In this document: one piece after another, positions 1 to 13,170 of the stretch
Position numbering within the stretch: the stretch's first letter is position 1
Layout of the letters: each line of letters begins with the position of its first letter
Source of the DNA: Eledone cirrhosa
Lineage: Eukaryota
DNA: 64,000 nucleotides
Reading direction: 5' to 3'
Assembly (NCBI GenBank): GCA_964016885.1
Contig: OZ024748.1
Span: forward strand, 60,016,001-60,080,000
Notes under the pieces: generated by a model
Databases searched by the model: none
What the model was told of the DNA's origin: nothing
What the model saw: only the letters and a program-made list of their open reading frames with translations
Program-made: the position numbers and the translations under genes

Positions 1-160
1 GTTGGTCTTTCCAATAGCTAATACTATCTATCGGTCGCAACTCCAGGTAGAAGGAGCAACGTGAAATAAAGTGTCTTGCCCAAGGACATAACGCATTGCC
101 CGGTCCAGGAGTAGAACTCACAACCTCAAGATTATGAATTCTCTTAACACTCAGCCACGT
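1..160 (-). mobile_element. tRNA-derived CORE-type SINE (family B)
   Basis: Reverse complement reads GTGGCTGAGTGTTAAG (A box)...GAGTTCTACTCC (B box)...TGTCCTTGGGCAAGACACTTTATTTCAC (CORE-like). Related copies at 8360, 40595, 50030, 56431 and 57295. Confidence 0.75.
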
Positions 161-170
161 ATAAACATGT

Positions 171-455
171 ATATACATAATCTTAGCTTGGTTTGCGTTC
201 TCCGAAGCTCTTCAGATCACAGGCAAAAGTTAATTCAATATTTGCATGGAGGGATTTATAAGTCTGTGGCCAATTAACGATTCTACTTACTCGAATTCAA
301 TGAGACATAATCTCTATGGAGAGGAGACTCTTATCTTTGGCCTGACAACTATGGAAACTTTTATAAATTCCCTCCGTATAAACCTTAAATTAATTTTCGC
401 TTGAAAGATCTGAAGACCTTCGTAGAACACAAATCCTTTAAGATTATGTATATAC
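171..455. repeat. Diverged inverted repeat pair (~95 bp arms)
   Basis: ATACATAATCTTAG...TCTTCAGATC...GGAGGGATTTATAA versus TTATAAATTCCCTCC...GATCTGAAGA...TAAGATTATGTAT. Confidence 0.55.
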
Positions 456-479
456 ACATTTTTTCATATATATATATAT

Positions 480-545
<66 letters not shown>

Positions 546-667
546 CGAAACACAAAACACTAAGTTACCTTTAGTTTGTGATCTGAAGATTTTATAGGAG
601 CCCAAATCCATATTAAGAGATTTCTTATTTTAAATTTCTTATGTATATATATATATATAATAATAAT

Positions 668-940
668 TGTTTCTACTTTTGGCACAAGGCCAGCAATTAC
701 TCAGTACATTACTGGTACTTTATTTTATCGACCCCGTAAGGATGAAAGGCAAAGTTAAACTCAGAATGGCAAGGGCCGTAACTCAAACATGGCGTCCGAC
801 TATCTACCGATACTGCCAATCCATCGCCCTAATAATAATTGTTTCTACTTTAGGCACAAGGTCAGCAATTATCCAGTGCATTACTGGTACTTTATTTTAT
901 CGACCCCGTAAGGATGAAAGGCAAAATCAACCATCGCCCT
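668..940 (-). mobile_element. Two adjacent copies (one partial) of tRNA-derived SINE family A
   Basis: Shared motif TGTTTCTACTTT.GGCACAAGG...ACTGGTACTTTATTTTATCGACCCCGTAAGGATGAAAGGCAAA at 668 and 840. Confidence 0.8.
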
Positions 941-1105
941 AATAATAATAATCTTTATATATATATATAATAATAATAATCTTGATATATATATATATAA
1001 AGATTAAAACGAGGTTTTACAGGTATGTGGGTCAGGATTCCTGTAAATGCTATAGACCAGCCTCCAACCCGAACTGCTCATTAGACGTGTTAACGAAAGA
1101 AAACC

Positions 1106-1141
<36 letters not shown>

Positions 1142-1289
1142 TACCTCTATCTATCTCTCTCTTTCTTTCTTTCTCTATTTCTCTCTCACCCTTTCTCGCT
1201 CTTTCACACACACATACACACGCATATGAACTTATGTTAAATCTGTATTTGAAATCTCTCCAGCACTCCGGATATTTTTACCGTTTATT

Positions 1290-1580
1290 TGTAAATTCCA
1301 ACAGCAATACAGTGACAGCTTGATGAGTTCCTATAATGGATCTTTCATACCATTCCATTGTTAATTGGCAGCATTAATGACAGGCCTAAGTGGAATCTGG
1401 TGCTGTTTGTAAACTGGCGTGTTGTGTGGTGTTGTGTGGTGCCATGTAGCGTGATGCCGAGTGATACTATGACATTAAACATAGCTACATAATCTGATAT
1501 GGAATTTGTAACCAAAGCTGGATTTGTTTCTCTTTTCTTATTTGCTTTCATTGCTTGCAGGTTTCAAGTTCACGTTAGTG
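1290..1580 (-). pseudogene. Decayed kringle-like segment
   Basis: Across frames: ETCKQ*(W)...ATWHHTTPHNTPVYKQHQIPLR (cf. PWCYTTDP...CDIPxC), then CQLTMEWYERSIIGT (cf. start of a following kringle). Confidence 0.35.
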
Positions 1581-2006
1581 CTATGAACTAGTATGAGATG
1601 AAGATAAAGAAATATAGTAGGAGCTTTAGATGAAAGAGAAGAAAGTGAAACAATATAGAATATAATAGAAGACGTAGGGAAACAAGTGATTTTAGTTGGC
1701 AGATCTTGAAACGAAGTCAATCGGTGTGAATTTAGTGATGGAAATATACATAGAATGAAGAAACGAAAATAATTATAGATTATTAAGAATCTCTTCTTAT
1801 TATATGAAGCTTTAAACTAATATATATCCCAATTGTACTCTATAGTACTCTCTTATTCTTCCTTGCTAACTTTTTGCACACACACACGTACATATTTAGG
1901 TATACCAGGTATGTAATGTATATAAGTGTAATCTTGTTTTGGTTCAATATTATTGTAAATTCTTCAATGATGACGAGTTGACAGAAATACGTAGAGTAAA
2001 ATAATT

Positions 2007-2069
<63 letters not shown>

Positions 2070-2176
2070 AGTCAAGACCTCGTCGGCTGAGCTCCGGCCG
2101 TTTCGTTTGCTAGATCTGAACTTTATGGTGCGTTATGTTCCACCTGGTTCCTTACCACTCTTGCTTCGTCATATAC

Positions 2177-2216
<40 letters not shown>

Positions 2217-2264
2217 TATCTGATTTATTGAACCACAGCGAGATTTGTTTAGCTAAAAGAATCG

Positions 2265-2468
2265 TATCCAGAAATTGGTTGTTGAACGCACATGTGTCCC
2301 AGCGTCTAGCCAGTCCTACATTCGTGCCGCCAGAAATAGCAGCCGGCTGATATATCTGGCGGCACGAGTATAGGACTGGCTAGACGCTGGGACACATGTG
2401 CGTTCAACAACACATTTCTCTCAGTCTTCCTAAGTATTTTGAAGTGAAACATACCAATTTCTGGATAC
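2265..2468. repeat. Hairpin/foldback element with ~65 bp near-perfect arms
   Basis: TTGTTGAACGCACATGTGTCCCAGCGTCTAGCCAGTCCTA...TAGGACTGGCTAGACGCTGGGACACATGTGCGTTCAACAA. An outer arm pairs GTATCCAGAAATTGGT with ACCAATTTCTGGATAC. Confidence 0.85.
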
Positions 2469-2835
2469 CTGCAGATGAGTACAGAAATGGGAATTTTCAC
2501 TTATTGTTGCGAAACAAATTTGAGTTTTGAAATTTAAATTTGTCCGGGTATCACGGCTGTTGCCAATATAGGTTTGTTTTTATTGATTTATTATTTTAAA
2601 TCGAGACAGGCAAACTGTATTAATTTAATTAGTATTTTTCAATCTAGCTAACTTGGTGGTTCGTAATACAAACACTTATATACTTGTATTAGTGTTTATC
2701 ATATATTCATTTGTAGTACACGGCTCAGAAATATCTCTTTCTTTGAGCTATTTAATTGTAAAAGACTGTTTGAGTTTATAACTCTATATATAGTATATAT
2801 ATGTATATATGTATATATGTATATATGTATATATG

Positions 2836-2930
<95 letters not shown>

Positions 2931-2937
2931 ATATGTA

Positions 2938-3020
<83 letters not shown>

Positions 3021-3122
3021 ATATGTGTATATATTATATTATATTTAGAGTTATAAACTCAAACAATTCTTTACAATTAATTAGCTCAAAGAAAGAAGCA
3101 TTTCCGAGCCGTGAAATACATA

Positions 3123-3229
<107 letters not shown>

Positions 3230-3260
3230 TTGTATATATATATATATGTGTGTGTGTGTT

Positions 3261-3298
<38 letters not shown>

Positions 3299-3358
3299 CG
3301 ATTGGAAGGTTCGTAAAATCGAAGCTGTGACGACCAGCCAACGCACACACACACACAC

Positions 3359-3436
<78 letters not shown>

Positions 3437-4422
3437 TATATATACACGAGGAGACATTTCATTGGTTAACTATGAAGGAGAGGTGCTAGAGCTATGAAAT
3501 GTTGCATGCAATTAATTCAATTCTTTATATTAATAGCTTCATTATTTCCTTCAAGGGACTATACTGAAAAATAGATAAAACTCATTTGCTCAGTCCATGA
3601 GAGTATCTTGGTCAGCCTATGAACCTTTCAACCAACGAACCGTTATGCTGACCCTTGCATTGGCTGAGACAGCGATTTGAAGAGCTTAGCTAGAAAGTAC
3701 CTTCGTAAAGCAAGTTTATTGACGGTAATGGGTTTATTGGCCCCGAATTATGATACAAACATTTGGTTCTAGTAGTCGTAGAACTCAGTACCTAGGTAAC
3801 CCTCATTCGACAAAGCAATGGAAACGTAATTATTTTACTCTCGGTATTTCTGTCAACTCGCCATCATTGAAGATTTTACAATAATATTGAAACAAAACAA
3901 GATTTAAAGTGTTTAGCTAAGAGATTCCTACTTGAGTTGTCTCAGAAAACCACAATAACAATTTAAGACTTGGAAAACACAATCTCCTTGAACATATGTG
4001 CGGCTATTTTCTTTTCTCATTCACTGATAAGTTCAGAGAGAGACAATTATACTAATGATTTGGTTTTGTTATTTTAGAAGTTGTATAGTTCCCATCTCCC
4101 TACAGACACATTTTCCTACAACATTACAGGATCTTCTGCATATACACATAGAATACACTTCCGGGTAACAATATAATGAGACTGTCTGTTCTTGAAAAGA
4201 TGATGTTATAGATTCTGTTTTGAGAGAAGATATAGACTTGTCTCCTATTGCATTCAATCAAAAATGTATGTGTGTATATCTATGTATATATATGTATCTG
4301 TCTGTCTGTTTATCTATCTATCTATCTATATATCTAACTATCTGTCTATATATCTGTATATATATCTATTTATTTACCTATCTATCTATCTATAAATCTA
4401 CACATCTATCTATCTATCTATC

Positions 4423-5020
4423 TAAGCCGCCTCCCCCCTTCAAAGATGAAGCAGAGGCGGTGTTTCTGTGCGTAATAGCCATGGCGAAAGAGGTTGTATG
4501 GTGGACGCGTCTGAAAGGACTGAGGTCAGGCACCTTTCTCTCTGGCCAACAACTGGTCCGTTTCTTCCGATATCATTTAGGAAGAAGGATCAGGATGGAG
4601 AGAGAGGTGCTGCACCCCAGTCGTTTTTATGAAAGGTGGGTGAAAGTGGCGAGAATGGCCTGTGTGAATGGGCCTTCTCTTTACATGAGCCTGTAGGTGG
4701 AAAAGAGGAAGGAACGAGGGAGCACCCCCTCTCTGTGCTCCTGAGGAAAAGGGTTGCACACTTTTTTCGGGGGTGTGTGCGACCCCCCAAGGCGCCTCCT
4801 CTCTATTGAGGATTTTGTTATAAATTTTATTTTTTGTTATATTTTATAACAAAATCCTCTATTGAGGATTTTGTTATAATTCTATTTTTTGTTATATTTT
4901 ATTTTATTTTTATATATTGTTATTGCCTCCTCCCTATTGAGGACGCCTTGTTTTGTAAACTCCCCCCATTGTACTTGTCCCACTTTTGATGCCCTTGTGG
5001 CAAATAAAAGAAACATATCT
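4423..5020 (+). mobile_element. 5'-truncated L1/Tx1-like LINE: ORF2 C-terminus and 3' UTR, flanked by (TATC)n
   Basis: KPPPPFKDEAEAVFLCVIAMAKEVVWWTRLKG...ERWVKVARM; homologous to 26306-27070; ends AATAAAAGAAACATATCTATC. Confidence 0.75.
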
Positions 5021-5089
5021 ATCTATCTACCTCTCTCTTTTTCTCTCTCTATGCCACAAAGAAAACATTGTTGTCCGGCGTCCTACAAA

Positions 5090-5100
5090 TACTGCTGCTG

Positions 5101-5161
<61 letters not shown>

Positions 5162-5940
5162 GACTACTACTACGACTACTACTACTACTACTACTACTAC
5201 TAATAATAATAATAATAATCATAATGGTTTCTGATTTAGGCACAAGGCCAGCAATTTGATTGGGAGGGAAAGTCAATTAAATCAATCTCAGTTCATTACT
5301 GGTACTTTATTCTATCGAGCCCGTATGGATGAAAGGCAAAGCTAACCTCGATTGGATTTGAACTCGGAACGTAAAGATCAGTCGCTAAACTCTGCAACGC
5401 AGTCCGATCCTCTAACGATTCTGTCAATCCGAAAAAGAACACGAATAATAAATAAGAATATTAGTAACCAGAACAACAACAACAGCAGCAACAACAACAA
5501 TAGCAGCAACCACAACAACAAAAACAACAGCAATAGTAACAACAACTATCACAACAATAACAACAGCAATAACAACAAGAACAAGAACAAAAAGAAACAA
5601 TAAGAACAACAACAACAACAACAACAACAAAAGCAATAACAGCAACAACAACTGCTATAGAAACAACAGAAACATCAATAGAAACAATAACAAAAACAAC
5701 AACAGCAATAACAAATACAGCCACAACAACAACAACAACAGCAACATGAACAACAACAACAGCAGCAATAGCAACAACAACAACATTAATTACAAGTAAC
5801 AACAAGAAGAAAAAACCCAGCAGCAACAACAACAAAACACCCCAGCAGCAACAACAACAACAACAAAAAACAGCAGCAACAACAGCAATAGCAACAACAA
5901 CAACAAAATCAACAGCAACAATAACGACAACAACAACGTA
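5090..5940. repeat. (CTA)n, (TAA)n and degenerate (CAA)n tracts around a SINE A copy at 5227-5430
   Basis: Triplet repeats are directly visible; the SINE A core motif lies at 5297-5365. Confidence 0.9.
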
Positions 5941-6049
5941 TTATTGTTAAACAGATAAATAAATATCTCGAAAGTTGTAAAATCTATATCATTGCTCTGT
6001 TAATGTCCAGAAGAATTATTGAACTAATACCAGCATGAGTTGAAGACAT

Positions 6050-6290
6050 TATAGAGTTGGTAATTCCATGATTATTCCATTCCATAGCAAAGAGACGAAA
6101 GTATGGCTTTGGTAAATATACCGTACAATTCTTTAGTTCAATCAATGATCATTTAATTATCCCGTGGAAAAGTCTATTAAGAAATAATTTCCAACATATA
6201 GAAATTTACAAGAAAGACATTCTTTTACCATCATGTTCTGTCCTGCTTCACCCCACTCCAAACCATAGCAATGGCGACGACTACCGCCAT
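6050..6290 (-). pseudogene. Decayed kringle-like segment
   Basis: HCYG...RTEHDG/KECLSC...DFSTG*LND...KPYFRLFAMEWNNHGI (cf. TxxGxxCxxW...FP...KPWC...WEYCxI). Confidence 0.35.
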
Positions 6291-6606
6291 CAACACCACC
6301 ACCATCACCATCATCATCATCACTACTACTATTTCTAACACCACAATTACCACCACCAACATCCCCTGGGTATCTGAAGGTGATCACAGTTAAAAAAAGG
6401 TATTCAATACATTAGTAGAGTATAGGCATCTTTATTTTATACAGAAATGACTTCTACAGGACTAGAACTGTTTCATTCTTATGAAATGGTCATATTAGAA
6501 TATGACTTGCATGTGCAACATGGACTTATAAACATATTAACTGCTCTTACATACTTTCACATTATTTCAAGGTAGATTTTAAAACGAAAAAATAAAACAT
6601 AATACA

Positions 6607-6792
6607 GTTCTACTTTTGGCACAAGGTCGGCGATTACCCCAGTGCATTACTGGTGCTTTATTTTATCGACCACGTAAGGATGAAAGGCAAAGTTAAACTT
6701 GGCAGATTTGAACTCAGAACGTAAACGGGCATAACTCTATGCTGCATAGCATGGTGCATGACGCTCTACGATACTGCCAAAATACCGCCCTT
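6607..6792 (-). mobile_element. SINE family A
   Basis: Core motif plus GATTTGAACTC (B box, reverse) and GATACTGCCAA (A box, reverse). Confidence 0.8.
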
Positions 6793-7045
6793 AATAAAAC
6801 ATAACATAGCCAAACAGTTTTACGTTCTTTCGCTTTAGCTATTTCGGTTAACGTTATTTTCATTTACGCTATTTCGTTTTACGTTATTTGCTTCTCTAAT
6901 GTATCTGAATTTTTCTGAAGTTATGCAATAAATAATCACAACAATTTAGTTTGAAAATATTTAGTGTCTGTAAAAGTTCTTAATGTACTTTGAACTTAGA
7001 ATCATTTTTTCCTGTGTTTTGTGATCTGTGTGGATATATAGTATG

Positions 7046-7095
<50 letters not shown>

Positions 7096-7098
7096 TTT

Positions 7099-7132
<34 letters not shown>

Positions 7133-7171
7133 CACACACGCACACACATATGTATAATTATGTATGTATAC

Positions 7172-7309
<138 letters not shown>

Positions 7310-7358
7310 ATTTATATATATATATGTATGTATATATACATACATAATTATGCATATG

Positions 7359-7410
<52 letters not shown>

Positions 7411-7627
7411 AAAAGACCTCATATGCAGACATTAAATATCTGAGCTGGCAGTGACTCAATTCATTAACTTCGGAGTCGAACCATTTACGAAACAGCACAG
7501 CAGGTAGTATACAGGAATAAGCGTATGGTTTCTAGAAATCTCTTCTTTTTTTAAAGCGAGCGACTGCTAAATTAACACGATTAACCTGTCTGATCTCCTT
7601 TCAATACCAGTAATGAGATTTTGACTG

Positions 7628-7725
<98 letters not shown>

Positions 7726-7734
7726 CGTGCGCGC

Positions 7735-7787
<53 letters not shown>

Positions 7788-7870
7788 CGTGTGTGTGCAT
7801 GGATACATAGACACACATATATATATATATTTGTAAATATTTGAATATATATCTGAGCATATATATATAC

Positions 7871-7983
<113 letters not shown>

Positions 7984-7986
7984 TAA

Positions 7987-8019
<33 letters not shown>

Positions 8020-8359
8020 AATATTTGAATATATATTTACTTAAATGGATGCATATTCACACATATGTGTGTGCGCGTATGTGTAATATGTATGTTTGGC
8101 ATGGCTTTTCAGTATCAACGGTATGATGAATAGTTATTTAAAGGTAAATATAAAACGGATTTATGTACAACTGTATATTCAGTCAGGATTATGCCAACTG
8201 CTCAAGATATAACATTGTGCAATGCGACTTATTCTAAGGATAATACATTAAGTGGATAGTTCATAAGTTATATTATACTAGTTTTCACAATCCTGCACAT
8301 TATAAAATGTGATTTAGTGCGTTATGATGTAAAGATCCGTAACACAATGGCCTGCGTGC

Positions 8360-8500
8360 TGGCGCATGCTTAGTGGTTAGAGCATTGGGCTTGCAATCGA
8401 AAAGGTTGTGAGTTCAATTCTCGGACCGGGTGATGTGTTGTTTCCTTGAGCAAGAGACTTTATTTCACCTTGCTCCAGTTTACTCAGCTGTAGAAATGAG
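8360..8500 (+). mobile_element. CORE-type SINE family B
   Basis: GGCGCATGCTTAGTGGTTAGAGC...GAGTTCAATTCTC...TTTCCTTGAGCAAGAGACTTTATTTCAC. Confidence 0.75.
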
Positions 8501-8761
8501 ATGATAGGACTGAGATCCCTATCATTAAATCACCCAAGACATCTCCAACGAGATATACATTGGAGGACGACAGCTACACCTGCATAGGTGTGAGCTGTCA
8601 CACACACACCCACACACACAGCGCGCTGGGCACGGAATTGTAAGATTTTAGGTACGATTCCCAGACCGGGTAACGTATCGTGTTATTGAGAATGACATTT
8701 CGTATCACGTAACACCTGTTTAATCAGTTGAAGGATAATGAGTGCCAGCTAAATGCAATAT

Positions 8762-8942
8762 TGTTTCTACTTTTGGCACAAGGCCAACAATTAACCAGTA
8801 CATTACTGGTACTTTATTTTATCGACCTCGTAAGGATGAAAAGCAAAGTTAATCTCGGCGGGATTTGAACTCAGATCGTAAAGGGATGTAACTATGCTGG
8901 AAAGCATGTCCGACTCTCTACCGATACTGCCAATTCACCGCC
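8762..8942 (-). mobile_element. SINE family A
   Basis: Full-length match to the family, with A and B boxes on the minus strand. Confidence 0.85.
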
Positions 8943-9149
8943 AATATTGGTATTTGTTCCTGTGTTAAAGAGACATGTGAAACTTTGCCGAAAGAAATAG
9001 CTCAAGATTGTCTTTTATAATTTATCACAAATGTAATTCAAAAGTATTTTGACAGCAATACTAAGATGGACTCTCCAAGGAAGAGTCTTGTACCTACAGC
9101 CCCATAACAACGGTAAAACCGTTATAAACTTCGGCCGATGAGCCTCTTG

Positions 9150-9420
9150 GCTTGAAAGTCAGTTTATGCATCACGAATGCGTGAGAGGATTTTTCGATAG
9201 AATTATTTTGTAACTGTTTGTCTTTTTTGTGTGTGTTCGAGATGCAAAACACCTCAGTAGTCAAAGAAAATAGTTAGCATCACTCTTATTTTGATCCTCA
9301 CCTGACGTGTGATTTGAGGCATTGGAAATATTGGATGCTTTCACATTGATGACTGACCTTTAGTTTCGGAGTAGTACCCTGGTACCTACCTCTCATTTCC
9401 AGTTATAACTACATTCCTGA
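9150..9420 (-). pseudogene. Decayed kringle-like segment
   Basis: After a TGTGTTCAG acceptor-like site: ECSYNW.../GRYQGTTPKLKVSHQCES...SDANYF (cf. ECxxxxGxxYxGT...CxxW...DAxNYCR). Confidence 0.4.
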
Positions 9421-9455
9421 ACACAAGATATTTGTTATTATTTGGCAAAAATTTA

Positions 9456-9641
9456 AGGCGGTGAATTGGCAGTATCGGTAGAGGGTCGGACGCCATGCTT
9501 TGCAGCAAAGAGTTACGGCCCTTTCCATTCTGAATTCAAATCCCGCCGAGGGTAACATTGCATTTCATTCTTATGGGGTCGATAAAATAAAGTACCAGTA
9601 ATACACTGGGTATTTGCTGGCGTTGTGCCAAAGTAGAAACA
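9456..9641 (+). mobile_element. SINE family A
   Basis: GGCGGTGAATTGGCAGTATCGG (A box)...GAATTCAAATCCCGCC (B box)...GGGGTCGATAAAATAAAGTACCAG. Confidence 0.85.
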
Positions 9642-10146
9642 ATTATTTGGCGAAATGAAAATAGGACGAGTGCTGAATGCAGCACACACGTCGGTAGCCT
9701 GGTATTAACTAAGTCATACAGAAAGCTCATCTAAAATGGCCGAATATATGCGACTCCATTCTGGAAAATTTTGTTTCCCTGATATCTTTTCTCCCCAGGG
9801 AAAAGTTAAAAACCGATAATTTCGAATCTGCCACTAAAATGATAGAAATATTTCCCAAGAAATGCTATTAACTATAAAAGTATTAAAGTGTGAATAATAC
9901 ACAATATCATTGTAAGAAGATTTGAACCGGCGTCCCATTAACCTGTTAAGGCGTACCTTATCTACTCAACTGCAGCAGTATTACAGCTCTAGCGAAGCAA
10001 TATTTATTAATAATAATAAAGTATTAATATCTGATAATTGATATCCTACTGGTTGGTATTGATTTATCATGTTTCACACACTGCCAAGCAATTTACGACC
10101 ATTCTTTTGTGTTGATGCATATCACAATCTGCATATATGTATATGC

Positions 10147-10212
<66 letters not shown>

Positions 10213-10329
10213 TTATATATGTATATTTATTTACATATGTATATTTATATATATATATATAAATATGTATATTTATTTATATATATATATATTTATTTAT
10301 ATACATATATATATATATATGTCTATATC

Positions 10330-10361
<32 letters not shown>

Positions 10362-10364
10362 CAT

Positions 10365-10602
10365 AGTAATAATAATAAAATTTGAAGACTAAAATACAAA
10401 GAGGGCTCGTTAAGGATAAATATATATCAGATATATAGGAACCGTAGTGCAAATATTTATTAAAATTACAGATTAAAGTTTAAGCAGAGAATCGCTGCTT
10501 TCACCCTTAACTGGATCTTCTGAAACTTTTTTAGTTTCAGAAGATCACGTTAAGGGTGAAAGCAGCGATTCTTTGCTTAAACTTTAATCTGTTATTTTAA
10601 TA

Positions 10603-10605
<3 letters not shown>
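10365..10605. mobile_element. Inverted pair of a small element in (TA)n carrying a variant hammerhead (family C); further copies at 19645-19865, 24503-24660, 43014-43108, 60233-60466, 61410-61570 and 63124-63205
   Basis: AGTTT-CAGAAGA-TCCC.GTTAA.GGGT-GAAA-GCA..TGC-TT-AAACT followed by a conserved ~120 bp tail. Confidence 0.7.
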
Positions 10606-10685
<80 letters not shown>

Positions 10686-10688
10686 GTA

Positions 10689-10719
<31 letters not shown>

Positions 10720-10835
10720 CTATATATATATATATATATATATATATTAAGAGAAGGAGTGATAAATAGAGAGGGGGATAGAGTGAGTGCCGAATATATA
10801 TGTGCACCTACATCTATATGGTTGAGAATAAGTAC

Positions 10836-10866
<31 letters not shown>

Positions 10867-11079
10867 ACATACACATACATATAAGCATATAGATAAACGC
10901 ACAAACACATGCACGTATATATATATATATAGGAACGAGTAGGACCCCGACGGCTGAGCTCAAGCCGTTTCGACGGCTAATTCTGGACTGGATATATATA
11001 TATATATAGATATATGTTATTTAACTTGCATGAATTAAGTGGCTAATTAATATTCATATTCATGGTACATAGAAATAAT

Positions 11080-11258
11080 TGTTTCTACATTTGGCACAAG
11101 GCCAGCAATTACCCATTAAATGACTGGTACTTTATTTTATCGACCCCGTAGGATGAAAGCCAAAGTAGACCTTGGCGGGATTTGAACTCAGATCATAAAG
11201 GGCTCAAACTCATTTCTGCAAAGCATGGCGTCCGACCCTCTACTGATACTGCCAATCC
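11080..11258 (-). mobile_element. SINE family A
   Basis: Family core and boxes. Confidence 0.8.
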
Positions 11259-11289
11259 ACATGTATGTATGTATGTATATATATTTATA

Positions 11290-11893
11290 TCAGGTCACCA
11301 GTGGATGCTACTGGTAACATGTATCCCAGTACAACCTGTCTCATGGTCGGGTCGTTGGCGACTAAACTGGCAACCCCAGCAAGGTTTTGGTGAGGAGGGT
11401 GACTTTGGACATCCTGCAGGACTAAAAACAAAACCTGTCAAAGGGCAAGGGAGCTCTTAAGAGTTAATGGCCATCCAAAATCACCGGGAGAGATGACCCC
11501 TTAGCCTTTGTGAAGGCAGAATTCTAGGAGAAGGAAAACTCTGATATAACACCTGCAACCCTGATGGTATCCAATGATGATGACTTGTTCTTCTTTTTGG
11601 TAAATATCATCTTGGTTAAGAGAGTGGGACTGGCTTTGTGCAGTGCCTTTGCTCACTGTAAAAGCTTCACGGCACAGGCATTGCTTTTTATCTGGAGATC
11701 TCTCTGCACGTGTCGTCACATGCTACCATGGGCCCAGCACTATGTATCAATAATTGTCACAGGTATAGTGTTTGTACCAGAGTGTTCAAGTCGCTGGCTG
11801 GACTAAAAAGTCACACTCGTTCAGCGCATCGGTAGGGGTTCTCCTACATGGATATAAAGTAGTGGCCGTACTCGAAAACGAGTTGGCACCCAC

Positions 11894-11897
<4 letters not shown>
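11290..11897 (+). mobile_element. ~600 bp non-autonomous RTE-derived element
   Basis: The 5' part has an RTE-UTR-like GTTGGCGACTAAACTGGCAACCCC; the 3' part encodes a C2H2 remnant ([21 protein letters not shown]). Four copies in the window. Confidence 0.7.
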
Positions 11898-11963
<66 letters not shown>

Positions 11964-12052
11964 AAGAAATACATGCAAAGAACATTATTTCAATGTACAA
12001 TGAAAATGATTATTAATTAGCCACTTATATAGATATAGATATATATCTATGT

Positions 12053-12107
<55 letters not shown>

Positions 12108-12126
12108 TACATGTATTTATATATAG

Positions 12127-12207
<81 letters not shown>

Positions 12208-12469
12208 TATATATAAATATACATACATGTATATTTATATTTGCAAAGCATATACTTATAAGCAAGCCTACAAGCATCCTTATACACATAAACCACACAT
12301 ATATACGGAGACACCAGTCAATCACCAACACTTAAACCTCATATAAATCTTCGAGTGTTTATATACATGTATCTATTTATATATATATCTTCGAATATAT
12401 ATAAATATATATTTTCTATAATACACGAATATATCTATTTATATATCTCTATCTATATGTATATATTAC

Positions 12470-12526
<57 letters not shown>

Positions 12527-12679
12527 ACTTTCGTGTATGTGTAATGAAAAGCAACGCAACATTTTATAAATGAATGTCTGTTGCGTATCATTCGAGAACA
12601 GTCAATACTATCTCTGGCAAACAGGTTATAACATATAATTTCACAGGATAATTTACGGTTTGTTTCACTGGACCATATA

Positions 12680-12885
12680 ATCTCTAAGCACCATGCAGGA
12701 TGGAATATTGAAGCGCAGATTATTCTGATGGTACGGAGAAGAATTACAATGCCAGTTGTATTTATGCAAATTTTTGCTTTCAGTATTTTTAATAGCGTCG
12801 CACGTAGAATCGATCCCAGAAATGGGAAGATATGGAAGCAAATTTAGAATAAATCCTATCATAATGTTCACTGGTTTCCCTAGAG
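12680..12885 (-). pseudogene. Decayed kringle-like segment
   Basis: ETSEHYD...HFWD/DSTCDAIKN...NWHCNSSP...FNIPSC; the terminal IPxC is typical of kringles. Confidence 0.35.
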
Positions 12886-13170
12886 CAGTTTATGTGTGAG
12901 AAAAATAGAAAAATATATAAATATATACAGTCGTTTACGGTAATAATCTTAATGGTAGTCAGAGAATATTGTTATGATGCAGAACACGCAATAAAATTAG
13001 TTAGAAAACCATACAGCTGATAACACTATCATTCAACATGTGTATGTATGCATGTATATATATATATTCACATATATATTCACATATATATATGTATATA
13101 CATATATATGTATTTATAAGCATATATATATATACATACATATATATATACATATATATACATATATATA

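Noticed and set aside
171-620. CTGAAGA motifs as hammerheads
   Set aside because: No intact GAAA or stem I/III could be formed.
1290-1420. Penelope RT fragment (IPLRPVI...ELIKL) on the minus strand
   Set aside because: Motif spacing is far too short for RT; the kringle-relic reading fits better, though both are weak.
9456-9560. tRNA genes at A/B-box motifs
   Set aside because: No cloverleaf; the boxes are heads of multicopy SINEs.
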